Assembly: GCA_963807605.1 (NCBI GenBank)
Contig: CAWECG010000004.1
Location: forward strand, 32,001 to 96,000
DNA length: 64,000 nt
Source: Candidatus Bathyarchaeota archaeon
GTDB taxonomy: Archaea > Thermoproteota > Bathyarchaeia > 40CM-2-53-6 > RBG-13-38-9
Direction of reading: 5' to 3'
This document shows, in pieces, positions 20,019 through 30,486 of the stretch. Both the position numbers and the translations under genes were made by a program. Under the pieces are notes generated by a model that saw nothing but the letters and a program-made list of their open reading frames with translations, was not told where the DNA came from and ran no database searches. Within the stretch, counting starts at the first letter, position 1. Every line of letters starts with the position of its first letter.

Positions 20019-20876
20019 TTGCCTTCAACACACCCTGAGTTCACGGTAAGGCATTTGTCAGCAACAGCAAAGGCCGAAGTCTATAAGGTCAACGTCGGGG
20101 AGGACCTGGCCTCAGTTGTTGAAGAGGAAGTTGCGGTTGAGGCTCCAGCCAACATCTACCTTAACAAGCAACATCTGGTCACCCTGCTCTCTTCTCCCAC
20201 CATGCTCTGCGAGTTGGCAGTGGGACACTTGTTTTCGGAGGGGATACTCAAAGACAAAGAGACGATCAAGGAAGTCTTGGTTGCCGGGACAGACGTTCAC
20301 GTGAAACTCAAAACTGGGGCCAAAGTTGAACTTGAACGTATCAAGATCGGTAGGGTTGTCACGACAGCGTGTGGTTCACTCGTCGATTATCTGGCATTGC
20401 TCGCACAGATCAAGACAAAGATCTCAGCACAATATTCAGTCTCCACAAGTGACATAGAGAGAATGATCACTGAGCTCAACAATAGCTCTAGAGTCTTCAG
20501 GGCTACGGGTGGGATCCATTCTGCAGCCATATTCAAGGGCACGACGATGGTTGCTTTCGCTGAAGATGTTGGACGCCACAATGCTGTGGATAAGGTTGTA
20601 GGAGCCTCTGTTCTAAAAGGTGTGAATTTTGGTACGTCCGTCCTTGTTACCTCTGGAAGGCAGACGGCGGATATAGTCGCAAAGGCGGCTCAGATGGGGA
20701 TACCGTTTTCGATATCCATCTCTGGGCCGATCCACTCCGGGATAAAGCTCGCTGAGAAGGTTGGTATAACCCTCATCTGCTTCGCGCGAGGAAGAAGATT
20801 CAACATCTATACCTCACCAGAGAGGGTGAGATTGCCCAACGGTGCACCGATCAAGACCAAGCCCCAATCTTCTTAG
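20019..20876 (+). CDS. fdhD: Formate dehydrogenase accessory sulfurtransferase
   Basis: TGGIHSAA, EDVGRHNAVDK, TSGR. Confidence 0.92.
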   Translation: MPSTHPEFTVRHLSATAKAEVYKVNVGEDLASVVEEEVAVEAPANIYLNKQHLVTLLSSPTMLCELAVGHLFSEGILKDKETIKEVLVAGTDVHVKLKTGAKVELERIKIGRVVTTACGSLVDYLALLAQIKTKISAQYSVSTSDIERMITELNNSSRVFRATGGIHSAAIFKGTTMVAFAEDVGRHNAVDKVVGASVLKGVNFGTSVLVTSGRQTADIVAKAAQMGIPFSISISGPIHSGIKLAEKVGITLICFARGRRFNIYTSPERVRLPNGAPIKTKPQSS

Positions 20877-20907
20877 GTTTTCGATAGGCGAGCACGTTCA
20901 AATCTTT

Positions 20908-21540
20908 CTAAAGAAACTCCTTCATCTCAGTAATTCGTGAGATGAAGGAGACTCCTTCGGCCTTTATGGCGTCGATCTGAAACGGATTATTCGCAACAGC
21001 TATCACGTTGATGCCCGCTTTCCTGGCAGCCGTCACGTCGTATATGGAATCGCCAACGATGAGACAGTCATTAGGTTCAACGCCTAACCGCTCAGATGCG
21101 AGGATGAATATCTCAGGGTTTGGTTTGGCCTCTTCAACGTCATCTGCTGAGAGGATAATGTCGAAGTATCCTTCAAGGCTGAATTCCTTGAGAACTCTTA
21201 ATACGCTTAGCTTATCGGCTGAGGTTGCCAAACATAATTTGAGCCCTTTCAGTCTCAAATATCTAAGGGTCTCCTCAACGCCCTCAAAAACTCTGACAGC
21301 GCGTGTTGTCTGAATGAAAGCAATCCTCTTCTCTTTCACTATTTCGTCAATGTGTCTGTGCTCTGTCTCGGGTAAGATCTCTGTAAGTATCTGTTTTGCA
21401 GGCTTACCGAAGCGTCGGTATATTTCAGTATCCTCTACGCTCAGTCCAAACTTGGATAATGCTCTTCGGAAAGATTCTAGGTGAGCCCGATAACTGTCCA
21501 CTAGAGTTCCGTCAAAGTCGAAGATTACTGCTAAAACCAG
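20908..21540 (-). CDS. HAD-family phosphatase, apparently CTG-initiated
   Basis: Motif I VIFDFDGTL lies upstream of the called GTG; KPNP and VGDS..D motifs; in-frame TAA two codons before the CTG. Confidence 0.85.
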   Translation of the reverse strand: MVLAVIFDFDGTLVDSYRAHLESFRRALSKFGLSVEDTEIYRRFGKPAKQILTEILPETEHRHIDEIVKEKRIAFIQTTRAVRVFEGVEETLRYLRLKGLKLCLATSADKLSVLRVLKEFSLEGYFDIILSADDVEEAKPNPEIFILASERLGVEPNDCLIVGDSIYDVTAARKAGINVIAVANNPFQIDAIKAEGVSFISRITEMKEFL

Positions 21541-21768
21541 TTCTTATCCCGGCACTTCGGTGACGGCCGTATCCATAAGCATCTGGTTAGGAGCAGCCAA
21601 TATCCAAAAGGACGGCCTAGACGGATTTTGATTGCTCTTCGAGCTTCCGGGCGCAGGATCTGCAACAAAAAGAGTGTTCTTTTCCATCTACGGTCTTCTT
21701 GTAGGTTGCGAGCTCGCAGGCCTCTCCCTCAATCAGAGCATTACAGAAATGGCACTTTTCACTCGAAG

Positions 21769-22146
21769 TCATTTTTGTTGCCCTCTCTTCTTGAGGTAAT
21801 CGTTTATCGCTGCGTGAAGGGCATCAGCCGCCAAGTTCGAACAATGCATCTTTATCGGTGGAAGCCCACCGAGATTGTCCGCGACATCTGATCGGGTAAT
21901 CTTCAGAGCTTCATCTAAGGTCTTACCTCTTGCAAGTTCCGTTGTCATGCTGCTTGTGGCTATAGCTGCACCGCAGCCAAAGGTCTTGAACTTCAAATCA
22001 ACTATTCTGTCATCCTTGACCTTGATGTAGATGGTCATTAGGTCACCGCATACGGGATTTCCTACGGTCCCCACGCCGTCGGCGTCTGGAATCTCGCCTA
22101 CGTTTCTTGGATTTCTGAAGTGTTCGATGACTTTCTCGCTGTACAT
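21769..22146 (-). CDS. iscU: Fe-S cluster scaffold
   Basis: NPRNVG, GNPVCGD, FGCGAAIA, KMHC. Confidence 0.95.
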   Translation of the reverse strand: MYSEKVIEHFRNPRNVGEIPDADGVGTVGNPVCGDLMTIYIKVKDDRIVDLKFKTFGCGAAIATSSMTTELARGKTLDEALKITRSDVADNLGGLPPIKMHCSNLAADALHAAINDYLKKRGQQK

Positions 22147-22334
22147 TAGTCCTTCACTTACGATCTTATTCTCTTGAGCTCACGAGTCCGTGAATAGTCT
22201 CTGCCTCGCTATGCTCATCGCGTTCTATTCAATCTCACGTAAAGGATCGTATAAGCTCTCTTATGGACTTTCGTGACGGTACTTCTTTCTTATCGGTAGG
22301 AAACTCCGGCACAGTTACTTGCGTTCGTCTGAGT

Positions 22335-22571
22335 CTATTTATTCTTCTTCATGAATACGTGGATCTCTTTACCTTTCTTTTGGATCGCGAGTACCTCTTG
22401 GCCTGTGCTTCTTGCTAGGCTTTGAAGGTCTGATTCCGCCGCGGGGTCGTCCGCAACGATCTCAAGCGTTTGCCCCACCGCGATCTTTTCCAACTCGACC
22501 TTAGTCTTGAGGACCGGTACCGGGCAGTACAAGCCCAAATAATTGAGTTGCTTATCAGCCTTTAGTGACAA
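22335..22571 (-). CDS. tusA: TusA-family sulfur carrier
   Basis: GLYCPVP, ADDPAAESDL. Confidence 0.9.
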   Translation of the reverse strand: MSLKADKQLNYLGLYCPVPVLKTKVELEKIAVGQTLEIVADDPAAESDLQSLARSTGQEVLAIQKKGKEIHVFMKKNK

Positions 22572-22695
22572 GTCTTACCATCAATCACTTCTAACCTCAT
22601 ACTAAGTTCTAAACTTTGCTTATCCCAGACATCTGCGAGAATGATCCAAAAAGCGTTTTTAGTTCACATTGAAGATCCTCCTTAAGGTGCAGCTA

Positions 22696-23175
22696 ATGGA
22701 ACACCTATGGGCTCCCTGGAGGAGGACTTACTTTGAACAGCCAAAAAGTGACGAATGCATCTTTTGTCTAATGTGCAAGAAGCAAAACGATCCCGTTGAC
22801 TACGTCCTTTATAGGGGAGAGGCTGTGCTCATCAGCCTGAACCGATTCCCCTACAACGTCGGCCACACAATGATCATCCCGTACAGGCACCTAGAGAATG
22901 TCGAAGAACTCAGCAGTAAGGAGTCTGCAGAGATCTTTCAACTATTAAAACTCTGCATCTCTATGCTGAAAATCGTCCTGAAGCCGACCGGATTCAACAT
23001 TGGGGTAAACATCGGGAAGGCTGCGGGGGCTGGCGAGCAGCACCTTCATTTTCACATCGTTCCAAGATGGGTTGGCGATACAAACTTCATGCCTATTCTC
23101 ACAGACACAAAAGTCCTCTCAGAGAGCTTGGACAAAGTATGGCGTGAACTCTCGCAAGAGATCAAGAAGCGTTGA
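22696..23175 (+). CDS. HIT-family hydrolase
   Basis: LWAPWR, CIFC, NRFPYNVGH, HLHFHIVPRW. Confidence 0.93.
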   Translation: MEHLWAPWRRTYFEQPKSDECIFCLMCKKQNDPVDYVLYRGEAVLISLNRFPYNVGHTMIIPYRHLENVEELSSKESAEIFQLLKLCISMLKIVLKPTGFNIGVNIGKAAGAGEQHLHFHIVPRWVGDTNFMPILTDTKVLSESLDKVWRELSQEIKKR

Positions 23176-23370
23176 CCGTTGAACCTAAGTCACGTGGGGT
23201 ATTGCTGACCATTATGCAGCGAAAAATGTCTCATCTTCGTATTGGGCTGAGGTTGAACACCAAGACTCACCAGCGGGCAGATCCCGACCAGGCACTCCCC
23301 CTGCAAGATCCCTGGCGTTGTCGTCAAAATCACCGAAAATGCTAAAACTACATAACAAAAAAAGACCCTC

Positions 23371-23802
23371 ATGGCAAAGAAACCGACACATAGACTCAAA
23401 ATAAGAGTCAGAGCCGGTGATACCGACTATACGGGGCTCGCTTTCAACGCTCGAATAGTGGAATGGTTCAGCACTGGAAGAATTGAGCTTCTCCGGTCGA
23501 GAAAGATCACATATTTGAACGACGCACGTCTTGCCGTCGAAGGGAAACCGCAGAAAGTCTCCTTAGTCGTCGGTGAGGTCTACGCCAGATTTCACGCCCC
23601 TGTCAGATTCGATGAACTTGTCGAACTCAAGGTAAGCATCATTGAGGTGAGGGATAAGACGGTTAAGTTCGATTACATTGTCAAAAGCGTTCCAGACAAG
23701 AGGCTCCTTGCAACGGGCAACAGTACATCTGTCTGCGTAGATCGAGGAACAATCAGATCAGCCAAGATTCCCCCAAGAATGGCCGAACTGCTTAATGCCT
23801 AG
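23371..23802 (+). CDS. Acyl-CoA thioesterase (hotdog, YbgC-like)
   Basis: RVRAGDTD..G..FN...W...GR. Confidence 0.8.
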   Translation: MAKKPTHRLKIRVRAGDTDYTGLAFNARIVEWFSTGRIELLRSRKITYLNDARLAVEGKPQKVSLVVGEVYARFHAPVRFDELVELKVSIIEVRDKTVKFDYIVKSVPDKRLLATGNSTSVCVDRGTIRSAKIPPRMAELLNA

Positions 23803-24044
23803 ATTTGAACTTTGACTGATCCGTGTACCTTTCGATTGAAAACCTTTAACGCCGAAGTCCGCGCGTCATACTCTCGATAGATCAACAGAGGTTGGTAATG
23901 AATCGAGACGAAGATTACGCGACTCAAAAAAGTATCCTGCTCACTTGCAAGGAATTTTAGCAGCCAAACACTCGAATTGTACGTAGGTAGAGGATAAATA
24001 CTGGGCAGTGGGTGATAGTGGGATAACTCTGGAGAAAAGATCGA

Positions 24045-24518
24045 TTGGCCGAAGTTGCGAAACAAAAGATCCTAGTGTTTGACAAACGTGTCTGCACTGG
24101 CTGTAGACTCTGTGAACTTGCATGCTCCTTCGCGAAGTTCAATAACACATACAGCTACCAGAAGACACACATCCGACATGTTATAGAGTTTGATCGAGGC
24201 GAGATCGAGTGCCAGTACTGTCAGCACTGTGAGGAACCATTATGCATGGCATCCTGCCCAGCCAAAGCCATACACAAAGACGAGAATACTGGCATAGTGA
24301 AAATCAACCACTTGGAATGCATCGGTTGCCAAACGTGCAATATAGTATGTCCGGCACGCATACCAAAATTCTATGCTGAAAAAAAGATATCGATGAAATG
24401 CGACCTCTGCGATGGCGATCCAGCCTGCGTCAAATACTGTTCACCTATGGCGATAAGTCTCGTGACAAGAGAGGAAGCGGACAACTTACTAAAACAGATC
24501 TATGGCGGGAGAAAGTGA
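24045..24518 (+). CDS. Poly-4Fe-4S electron-transfer protein (CooF/HycB-like)
   Basis: CTGCRLCELAC, CQHCEEPLCMASCP, CIGCQTCNIVCP, KCDLC.GDPACVKYC. Confidence 0.9.
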   Translation: MAEVAKQKILVFDKRVCTGCRLCELACSFAKFNNTYSYQKTHIRHVIEFDRGEIECQYCQHCEEPLCMASCPAKAIHKDENTGIVKINHLECIGCQTCNIVCPARIPKFYAEKKISMKCDLCDGDPACVKYCSPMAISLVTREEADNLLKQIYGGRK

Positions 24519-24648
24519 ACTCCTTGATAGACGGATCAAAATCACGCAAGGGGTATCGTTCCAGAAATCCGGCACATGAGATAATATTTGACCGCGGTTC
24601 TCTTCTACAGAGTTGCTTAGCATACTGACTCTCGAGGTGCTGCTGAAG

Positions 24649-25312
24649 TTGGCTCAAGAAAAAGAAGTGCTCCAAAGTTTACGGAAAGAGTTGGCAACTA
24701 ATTTCATCGCAGAATCGAGAATGTCCACAGACAGGCCAGTAGCCATAATCAACAAAGAAGCTCTACTTCAAGCTCTCAGGATATTGGTGGAGAAATACGA
24801 TTCGAGATTGTGCACGATAACCGCCATAGATAACGGACTAGACTTCGAACTAATCTATCACATGAGCATAAAAGGGCTAGTAATCAATGTAAAGACCACA
24901 GTCCCCAAAGAAGAGTCAGAAATAGTCTCCATCACAAAGATCATCCCCGGCGCAGCCACGGCTGAAAGGGAGATATGCGACCTCTTCAAGATTAACTTCA
25001 AAGAACTCGCCGATTCACGAGCACTCATAGTCCCATACGAGTGGCGAGACACCAAGGTTCCCCTGAGAAAGCCAATGGGCGGGATAGTCACAGAGTACCA
25101 GAAACCGACAGTTGAGACCCTCATGCAGCAGGGCCAAGTCTTCACCATGCCTTCCAGTGTCAAAGCTCACAGACAAAACCTGAAACTTCCAGGAGATCCA
25201 GACGACCATGGCCAGACCCGAAGCCCTCAAGGAACTCCACGAGATAGCTGAGGAAGTCAAGTTCGACAAGAGAGTAGGCTACGACTGGTTGAGGAAGAAG
25301 TTGAGGTACTGA
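24649..25312 (+). CDS. NuoC/EchD-like subunit with HdrC-like C-terminal tail (one extra base near 25192)
   Basis: TITAID..FELIYH, SIT..IPGA..AEREICDLF..PLRK; corrected tail ..LPEIQTTMARPEALKELHEIAEEVKFDKRVGYDW..; SD GAGGTG. Confidence 0.78.
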
Positions 25313-25315
25313 TCC

Positions 25316-26206
25316 TTGGAGTCCAAGAAGGAATACTCCATGTTCTGGGGTTGCTGGGTCCCCTCAAGACAGCCAAGCATAGAGGCTGCCTGCAAATCAG
25401 TCTTGAGCAGATTCAAAATTGGAATCAGAGATATGGAAGGGGTCTCGTGTTGCCCCGACCCCGTCGTCACCGAGAGACTTCAACGCGAGATGTGGTTAGC
25501 CTTGGCCGCAAGAAACCTCTCGATAGCCGAAAAGTCTGGAACGGCTCTAGCTACAATCTGCAATGGATGCTATGAAACCTTCTTCGAAGCAATAGAGACA
25601 ATGAAAACCGATGAAGGTCTGCGAGGAAAGGTAGAGAATGCCCTTGACAGAATAGGAACGACCCTGCCTCAAAAAACAGAGCTCAGACACATAATCGAGA
25701 TCCTAGGCCAAGACATCGGAGTCGAAGAGATCGCAAAGCTAAGCTCAAAAAGGCTTAGGAAATTGAATGTTGCCGTACATCCTGGCTGTCATCTGTACAG
25801 ATCTCACAGCCGGGAGGAAGTTCAACACAAACCAGAGATGTTTGAGCAGATCGTCGCAGCAACAGGAGCAAACCTCGTAGACTATGGAATAAAGAGGTTC
25901 TGCTGTGGATACCCCCACCGAGTGGTTGAGGAAGAGTTCTCCCTGAAGATGATGCTTGCCAGAAAACTCCAAAGAGTCTGGGACGCAGATGCAGACTGCG
26001 TCGTGGTATCCTGTCCAGCATGCAATATACAATTTGAGTTTGGACAGCTTGAACTTAAACGAAAATATAACATAGCCTTCGGCTCAGGGATCCCCGTAAT
26101 CCACATAGTCGAACTCGTTGCCCTGGGTCTGGGCATTAAACCCGAAGAAATCGGACTTCAGACACACAGAGGCCCAACTTCAAACATTACCTCAAAGTTG
26201 GAGTAG
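25316..26206 (+). CDS. hdrB: Heterodisulfide reductase subunit B-like (two CCG domains)
   Basis: FWGC, SCCP, AARNL, TICNGC, HPGCH, FCCG, SCPAC..QFE. Confidence 0.9.
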   Translation: MESKKEYSMFWGCWVPSRQPSIEAACKSVLSRFKIGIRDMEGVSCCPDPVVTERLQREMWLALAARNLSIAEKSGTALATICNGCYETFFEAIETMKTDEGLRGKVENALDRIGTTLPQKTELRHIIEILGQDIGVEEIAKLSSKRLRKLNVAVHPGCHLYRSHSREEVQHKPEMFEQIVAATGANLVDYGIKRFCCGYPHRVVEEEFSLKMMLARKLQRVWDADADCVVVSCPACNIQFEFGQLELKRKYNIAFGSGIPVIHIVELVALGLGIKPEEIGLQTHRGPTSNITSKLE

Positions 26207-26213
26207 GTTAAAT

Positions 26214-27367
26214 ATGTCATTCATTCTTCCAATAGGCCCCTTCCATCTGGCACTCAAAGAGGCAGCATATTTCAAACTTGAAGTTGAGGGCGAAAGATAG
26301 TCGGCGGAGACTTCAAATTCGGATACATGCACAGAGGAATCGAGGATCTTGCGACAAAGAAATCCTACCACCACAACATCTTCCTAGCAGAGAGAGTCTG
26401 CGGAATCTGCAACACCGTCCATTCTACGTGTTACACTCAAACAGTTGAGGCCCTGATGAACATCGAACCTCCAGAACGGGCCAAGTACATCAGAACAATC
26501 GTCTTCGAAACAGAAAGGCTTCAGAGTCATCTGCTCTGGTTCGGAGTAGGAATGCACGAGATCGGCTACGACACTGCCTACATGTACATGTGGCGAGAAC
26601 GAGAAAATGCTGTGGAAATACTAGAGGCTGTTTGTGGAAAGAGGGTGAACCTTGGGATAAACACGATAGGCGGGGTTAGAAGAGATATCACACCTGACAA
26701 AGAGGGCTTGATAAAGACAAAACTAGATCTCATTGAAAGGGCAGTCAATAAGATTGGCAAATTCCTCATTGAAGATAGAGTCTTGAAAGCACGAGTCAAA
26801 GATGTCGGGGTGCTCACAAAGGATGAGGCCAAGAAACTGTGCGTCGTTGGCCCAACGGCGAGGGGCTCAGGAATCGATATGGACACAAGAAGAGATGACC
26901 CATATGCTGCCTACCCTTATATTGACTTCAACGTTCCAGTGGAAGAGAACGGCGATGTGCTCTCGCGAACATTGGTCAGACTTTCAGAACTCTTCCAATC
27001 GATAAGGATCATCAGGCAAGCCTTGAGAGACCTTCCCAAAGGCCCAGTATCGGTGAAGGAACTTCCATTTCCTAGAATCAACGACGCATTTGGGAGAGTC
27101 GAAGCTCACCGTGGGGAACTTCTATACTACATCCGGTCAAACGGCACGAATTATCCTGAAAGAGTAAAGATACGCACGCCTTCAGTAGTGAACAATAATT
27201 CAATTTTGCCCATGGCTCTTGGCGAGACGATTGCTGATTTTCCAATAATATTGGCGAGTATCGACCCCTGCTTCTCTTGCACAGACAGGGTAACCATAGT
27301 CGACACCAAGAAGAATGTGAGCAAGACTGTTGCTCTATCCAGCCTCGGCAGGAGTGGAAATCAATGA
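26214..27367 (+). CDS. Group 4 [NiFe]-hydrogenase large subunit (one A missing near 26295)
   Basis: GPFH.ALKE...GYMHRGIE; L1 ERVCGICNTVH; L2 DPCFSCTDR plus C-terminal extension. Confidence 0.9.
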
Positions 27368-28278
27368 CCTCAGTCCTTGAGATCTTAATTGGCGTCTTCG
27401 TCTACCCAGGACTAATATTCTCCCTCGCCATCGGTGGAATGTTCTATTGGCTCTACCGGAAGATTCGGGCAAGATTACAGGCCAGACGAGGGCCACCATG
27501 GTACCAGTTCTTCATCGATCTAATCAAGCTCTTTTCAAAAGAATCCATAATCCCCTCCTCAGGGAGAGGCCTCCTAGTAGTGCTAGCACCCATAATTGCA
27601 ATCATCGGCCTCCTCTTCACTATCGTGATGTTGCCTCTGGGTTCAGCTCCCTTAGTGCAATTTGACGAAAGCCTGATAGTAGCACTTTACTTCCTTGCGT
27701 TCCCAGGATTGGCGATGATTATGGCCGGAGTCAGCTCAGGCTCACCTTATGGCACTGTCGGGTCAAGTCGTGAGGCTCGCATGATGATAGCCTACGAACT
27801 CCCCTTCGTCCTTTCCGCATTGACATTGGGTTTCTATCTGAAATCACTTAGCATCGCATCGATAACGCAGTACCAATTGGATCATGGGATGTTTGTATTC
27901 AAGTATCCACTGTCAACAATCGCCTTCATTCTCTGTCTACTTCCTAAGATCAGTCGGCGTCCCTTCGACGCTCCAGAGGCAGACACCGAGATAATCGCAG
28001 GACCATTAACAGAGTATTCAGGGGCGCTACTAGGTCTATTTGAAATAGTCAACGGCGTCAGGTGGTTTGTCCTTCCAGCTTTCGCTGTCACACTCTTCCT
28101 AGGGGGAGGAGCGAATATCATTGAATTCTTATTGAAATGCCTAGGCCTAGTCCTAATAATATCATTTATCGATGTAATTTATCCACGCTTCAGGGTCAAT
28201 CAAGGATTTGGATTCTTCTTAAAATGGGTTCTCCTGCTTGCTCTGATAGATTTCATAAGGAGTCTAATCCTGCCATGA
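27364..28278 (+). CDS. NuoH/EchB-like membrane subunit
   Basis: RKIRARLQARRGPP..Q.F.D.IKL.SKE, PFDAPEADTEI.AG..TEYSG. Confidence 0.92.
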   Translation: MTSVLEILIGVFVYPGLIFSLAIGGMFYWLYRKIRARLQARRGPPWYQFFIDLIKLFSKESIIPSSGRGLLVVLAPIIAIIGLLFTIVMLPLGSAPLVQFDESLIVALYFLAFPGLAMIMAGVSSGSPYGTVGSSREARMMIAYELPFVLSALTLGFYLKSLSIASITQYQLDHGMFVFKYPLSTIAFILCLLPKISRRPFDAPEADTEIIAGPLTEYSGALLGLFEIVNGVRWFVLPAFAVTLFLGGGANIIEFLLKCLGLVLIISFIDVIYPRFRVNQGFGFFLKWVLLLALIDFIRSLILP

Positions 28279-28820
28279 AGAGACACATAATCTCAGATGC
28301 TCTCCGAAGTCTAGTAAACCCATCTACAACAAAATATCCCAAGAAATCTTACACCCCTCCAGATGGCTACAGGGGCGCGGCTGAGTATGATTCGGAAAAA
28401 TGTGTGGGTTGCGCAGCCTGCTCCCAAGAGTGCCCACCTGAGGCCATCACATATAGTGATGGAGAAAAGACACGCAACATCAAGCTAAGCTATGGCCTCT
28501 GTTCATTTTGCGGTCGTTGTGAGGAGATCTGTCCATGGGACGCAGTCCACCTTACAAAGAAATTTGAACTAGCAGTCTTCAACCGAAAAGAGGCTGAAAC
28601 AGGGGTCGAGGTACCTTTCTTTGAGTGCACTGAATGCGGAAGGCCCTTCTTTCCTTCCCCGCAAATGAAAGCCTCGATCGAGAAAGTTAGAGAGACTCTA
28701 GAAAAGTATAAGATTAGAAAGGACGAGCTGGCCGGCCTAATCTCCATCTGTCCAACTTGCTCATTTGCTGTTGACAAAATGCCTGAGAGGCGAATGTTTC
28801 TGAGGAGACTTGTGGGGTGA
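28275..28820 (+). CDS. NuoI/EchF-like 4Fe-4S subunit
   Basis: T.KYP...GYRG, CVGCAACSQECP, CSFCGRCEEICP, extra CTECG..CPTC. Confidence 0.9.
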   Translation: MKRHIISDALRSLVNPSTTKYPKKSYTPPDGYRGAAEYDSEKCVGCAACSQECPPEAITYSDGEKTRNIKLSYGLCSFCGRCEEICPWDAVHLTKKFELAVFNRKEAETGVEVPFFECTECGRPFFPSPQMKASIEKVRETLEKYKIRKDELAGLISICPTCSFAVDKMPERRMFLRRLVG

Positions 28821-28824
28821 CTTG

Positions 28825-29505
28825 ATGACGGAGGGTCTGCGATCATTTGCTAGAAGAAAATCCCCCTGGGTTATGCATGTCCCATGCGGAGGATGCAATG
28901 GGTGCGACATAGAGATTGTTGCCTCACTCACACCAAAATATGATGTTGAGAGATTCGGAGTACTTCAGAAAGGCAGTCCACGACACGCCGACGTGCTACT
29001 CGTCACAGGTATAGTAACTGCCCAAGTGAAAGATAGGCTTAAGAGACTATATGATTTGACGCCAGGTCCCAAGCATGTTGTGGCGTTTGGCTCCTGCGCC
29101 TTAGATGGAGATATTTTCCGCCCCGGATATGGATTTGCAGGGCCCCTAGACGAGGTCCTACCGGTCAGCATCTACGTCCCAGGATGTCCACCACGACCTG
29201 AAGCCCTGATCGATGGCCTTAGCAAGTTACTAAGGCCGGCGCCTCGCAAAAAGAGAATTGTAACTGAAGTCTTCACCGGCGGAGAAACTGAGAGACCGTC
29301 AGCTGAACCGACGGATATGGGTGTCACGACCAAACGTGGTACCCGGAAGGGCTTCAACGAACAATTAGCCGAATTCATCTTATTCACAGGGCTCACACTT
29401 GCAGCACTAGGATTGTACTACGAAGGCTTCAATATTCTAGTTGTCGCAGCAATATTTCTGATGGGGCCTATTGTGAAGCTGCTGTCGAGTATTTTCAGGA
29501 GATGA
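28825..29505 (+). CDS. NuoB/EchC-like hydrogenase small subunit with C-terminal TM hairpin
   Basis: CGGCNGCDIE, SPRHAD, GSC, VPGCPPRPE; two hydrophobic helices at the end. Confidence 0.92.
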   Translation: MTEGLRSFARRKSPWVMHVPCGGCNGCDIEIVASLTPKYDVERFGVLQKGSPRHADVLLVTGIVTAQVKDRLKRLYDLTPGPKHVVAFGSCALDGDIFRPGYGFAGPLDEVLPVSIYVPGCPPRPEALIDGLSKLLRPAPRKKRIVTEVFTGGETERPSAEPTDMGVTTKRGTRKGFNEQLAEFILFTGLTLAALGLYYEGFNILVVAAIFLMGPIVKLLSSIFRR

Positions 29506-29708
29506 GATTCTAAGAGAATCTGCTGCTGCATGCGAACAATCTATCTTGGTCAAATTTATCTGAACCTCGTCGTAGAAAACGCGAACACAAAGTAGTGTGA
29601 CGCCAGACTACAGGTCTTATATTCATCCTGTACAGTTCTGTGTAGCGTATTATCGCTGTGAGCGGAATTTGCCTCGAATATTCGATCTAGGCAAAACGGG
29701 ATGTAACA

Positions 29709-29966
29709 ATGGGACTGTTCAAGAGACGAGATGAAAACGACGTATTCGCAGGAGGGGAAGAGGCGCCTCCTTTAGATAAACGAAGACGTCATATGCGTGC
29801 ACGCGTCTTCATGGCAGTCACGCTCGTTTTGATAACCTTAATCGACTGGTATGTAACCTCCTCCGTGCTATCCAGCAATACTCCATTTACATTTTGGCTT
29901 CTTTCTATTCTGCTGACAATACACATAGGCTGGATCCTGGTAGCCATCGCAATCCTTGCCCCATAA
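29709..29966 (+). CDS. Small membrane protein (2 TM)
   Basis: ATG ORF with two hydrophobic segments. Confidence 0.55.
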   Translation: MGLFKRRDENDVFAGGEEAPPLDKRRRHMRARVFMAVTLVLITLIDWYVTSSVLSSNTPFTFWLLSILLTIHIGWILVAIAILAP

Positions 29967-30181
29967 TTCAGGAATGTAGAATGCGATTTGGAAAAACGAC
30001 TATGCACAAGCCAATTACTAGCACGAAACTAGGTACAGCCAAAACATCTGATCATTGATTGGTAATTGAATGCAAACAGCTTTCTGGGAAGTTGTGGCTA
30101 GTCCCATTGCCCTCGGGCTAACGACAAGTCTTTTAGATTGAAGTCAGGAATTAGCGTAGAGATATCCTAGAGCTGAACATA

Positions 30182-30475
30182 ATGGATTGGATTTCTATCT
30201 CTGAGGTTTTTGGAGCATTTTTCGCACTCGCCTCAATTATTCTTTCCCTGTGGATAATGGCCAGAGTGAAGCGTGGGGCCTCCGCATGGATATACCTCGG
30301 CATAACTTCATTTTGCATGTTCTTCGCTATGATTCTAGGTATTGCTGGAATGCTATTCCCCGTCAACCAAGATATCCAGCGTCTTGAACAATACATGTTC
30401 CTCTTGGCTGGTGCCTTGTCATTTGCCATTAGTGGAATCAAGCTCCAAGAGACGTTTACGTACAAGGAGCTTTAG
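30182..30475 (+). CDS. Small membrane protein (3 TM)
   Basis: Three hydrophobic helices; RG.SAW.YLG. Confidence 0.6.
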   Translation: MDWISISEVFGAFFALASIILSLWIMARVKRGASAWIYLGITSFCMFFAMILGIAGMLFPVNQDIQRLEQYMFLLAGALSFAISGIKLQETFTYKEL

Positions 30476-30486
30476 AGGGAAGTCAC

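Noticed and set aside
26298-26300. In-frame TAG in the hydrogenase large subunit as pyrrolysine/readthrough
   Set aside because: Downstream homology is in another frame; one missing A explains it
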